From positions 24,428,001 through 24,492,000 of the forward strand of contig NW_026262668.1 in assembly GCF_021869535.1 (NCBI RefSeq): a stretch of DNA of 64,000 nt, written 5' to 3'. The translations under genes were made by a program, and so were the position numbers. Below, piece after piece: positions 62,587 to 64,000 of this stretch. Position 1 is the stretch's first letter, and each line of letters begins with the position of its first letter. This stretch comes from Mytilus californianus. Its lineage: Eukaryota. The notes under the pieces are model-generated. The model saw only the letters and a program-made list of their open reading frames with translations. It was not told the origin of the DNA and did no database searches.

Positions 62587-63370
62587 AGTCAGCACAGAGA
62601 AATACATAAATCTAAAAGTAAACTCAATGTAATACGTAATATTAAAAATTGGCATTACTTTAGAGTTTTAGAATTAAATATAGGGCATTGTATTACTTTT
62701 TTGGTCTGTAAATGTAATCATGTTAACATCATTGTAAATGATTTCTTGTCATATCAGACATAATAAACATGAACCTATTTATCAAAAATCGAATCTCTTT
62801 TCTAAAAAATAAAATTACTTGAAAGAATTGATTTCCAACTTGTATATACAAACTTGTCATGTCTGACAAAACCCTTAAATCTCTTGAGGAAAATAAACTA
62901 TCACGATCCGATACCTATATCCATTTCTGGCCAGCGCGTGTATGATAGATTAAGAAAATTATTCAAACGGCGTTTGAATATTTTGATGAATGTGCGTAAT
63001 GACTAAAAATGACAATGATCTCTTTTCAAGATCAGGATCATGAAAACGTTTGATGTTTTCCTGCACCTTTAGTTTCGCATCTGTATCACATTTTGATTTT
63101 TGGCTCTGTAACTGTTTCTGGAGGGGTTTTAATAAAACCACGCTGCTCAATACTAAATTCTCAATAGTATTGACAGAGATGATATATTTATACCATTTCT
63201 CAAGTATCTTTGAAGTGTTTTTGCTGCCCAGATGAACATATAGAAGAGAATTGATAACCATTCTGCTAATTCATTTGAAGACATAGATTAGGAAAACAGG
63301 TCTTGAAAGTTTACATAATATAAATTCATCTTGAAGATGCATGCTAACTTGTTCAAAAGAAACGTCTTAC

Positions 63371-63435
63371 CCCTACTGCAGGAGTCGCTTTTGATGTTTT
63401 TTATTCTCTGCAGAGTATCTCTACCACATATTCTG
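63371..63435 (-). CDS. Candidate internal exon (RICGRDTLQRIKNIKSDSCSR)
   Basis: tttttatag acceptor, G|GTAAGA donor, one open frame, phase-compatible with 60168-60232. Confidence 0.22.
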
Positions 63436-63744
63436 CTATAAAAAGACTAAAGTCACAATAGAAAAAAAATGAAGCCATTAATAATTCGACCCCCTGTTTA
63501 TACTTTGAACATACATTTGAAAGAGAAGTACTTATAAGTGGATAGGATACATAACTTTGGTAGAGAAATAGATTTAACATTGTAACAAAATCGTAATTGA
63601 CATAATATTTGTTTGTCACTTGTATGGAATTTGGTCAAGAGCTTTCTTTTGTTTTATCTTAATATTGTTTGTAATTTTGGGAATTTGGCATCTTAAAACT
63701 TATCTGTTAGTTTTGACTCTGGACGATAATTATAGATGAATAGA

Positions 63745-64000
63745 TATAAAAATAAGGTATGATTGCCAACGAGACAACTATCCACCAAAGTTCAAATAAA
63801 TCGGATGTAAGCAATTATAGGCAACCGTACGGCCTTCAATGATGAGATGTCCGTTTAACGTCCAGTGGCAAGTTAAATGCATATTCAGGAGGCCACGAAC
63901 ATGATAATGTAATATGAATATAACCCCTGCTTTCTACTAGACCGACATGCTAAGCCGGATTTTTTACATGCTAGTTTACAAGGTAACAGTCTACTGGAAG
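63745..64000 (-). mobile_element. Subfamily D tail fragment followed by a SINE-like fragment running off the window
   Basis: GGTATGATTGCCAA.GAGACAAC tail (minus). The downstream segment resembles a common bivalve SINE body, recognised from memory only. Confidence 0.45.

Overview
AT-rich eukaryotic genomic DNA, inferred to be from a bivalve and probably Mytilus (based on gene type and repeat families). Bases 1-38 kb hold a tandem array of four + strand C1q-domain-containing (C1qDC) genes in ~9.4-11.8 kb units. Each has four coding exons: signal peptide (184 nt), coiled-coil (99 nt), 75 nt, and gC1q; all introns are phase 1. Only copy 3 is fully intact (255 aa). Copy 1 has an in-frame TAA just before the gC1q domain, copy 2 has a GT>AT donor mutation, and copy 4 has two nonsense codons plus a donor-shifting deletion. 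The rest of the window is mostly transposon-derived: Penelope-like RT elements of three ages, Helentron-type HINEs, MITEs, tRNA-SINEs and an intronic 27-bp minisatellite. The main discovery is self-cleaving RNA structure. The conserved core of the abundant short retroelements, which is also present in the 3' end of the young RT element, folds as a circularly permuted type-P5 twister ribozyme. It shows compensatory changes in P2, P3, P5 and both pseudoknots across four subfamilies, and P1 is replaced by two covarying palindromes. There is also a 354-nt hammerhead-delimited retrozyme and fragments of a second hammerhead family. All structural calls were made by eye and need covariance-model and biochemical confirmation.
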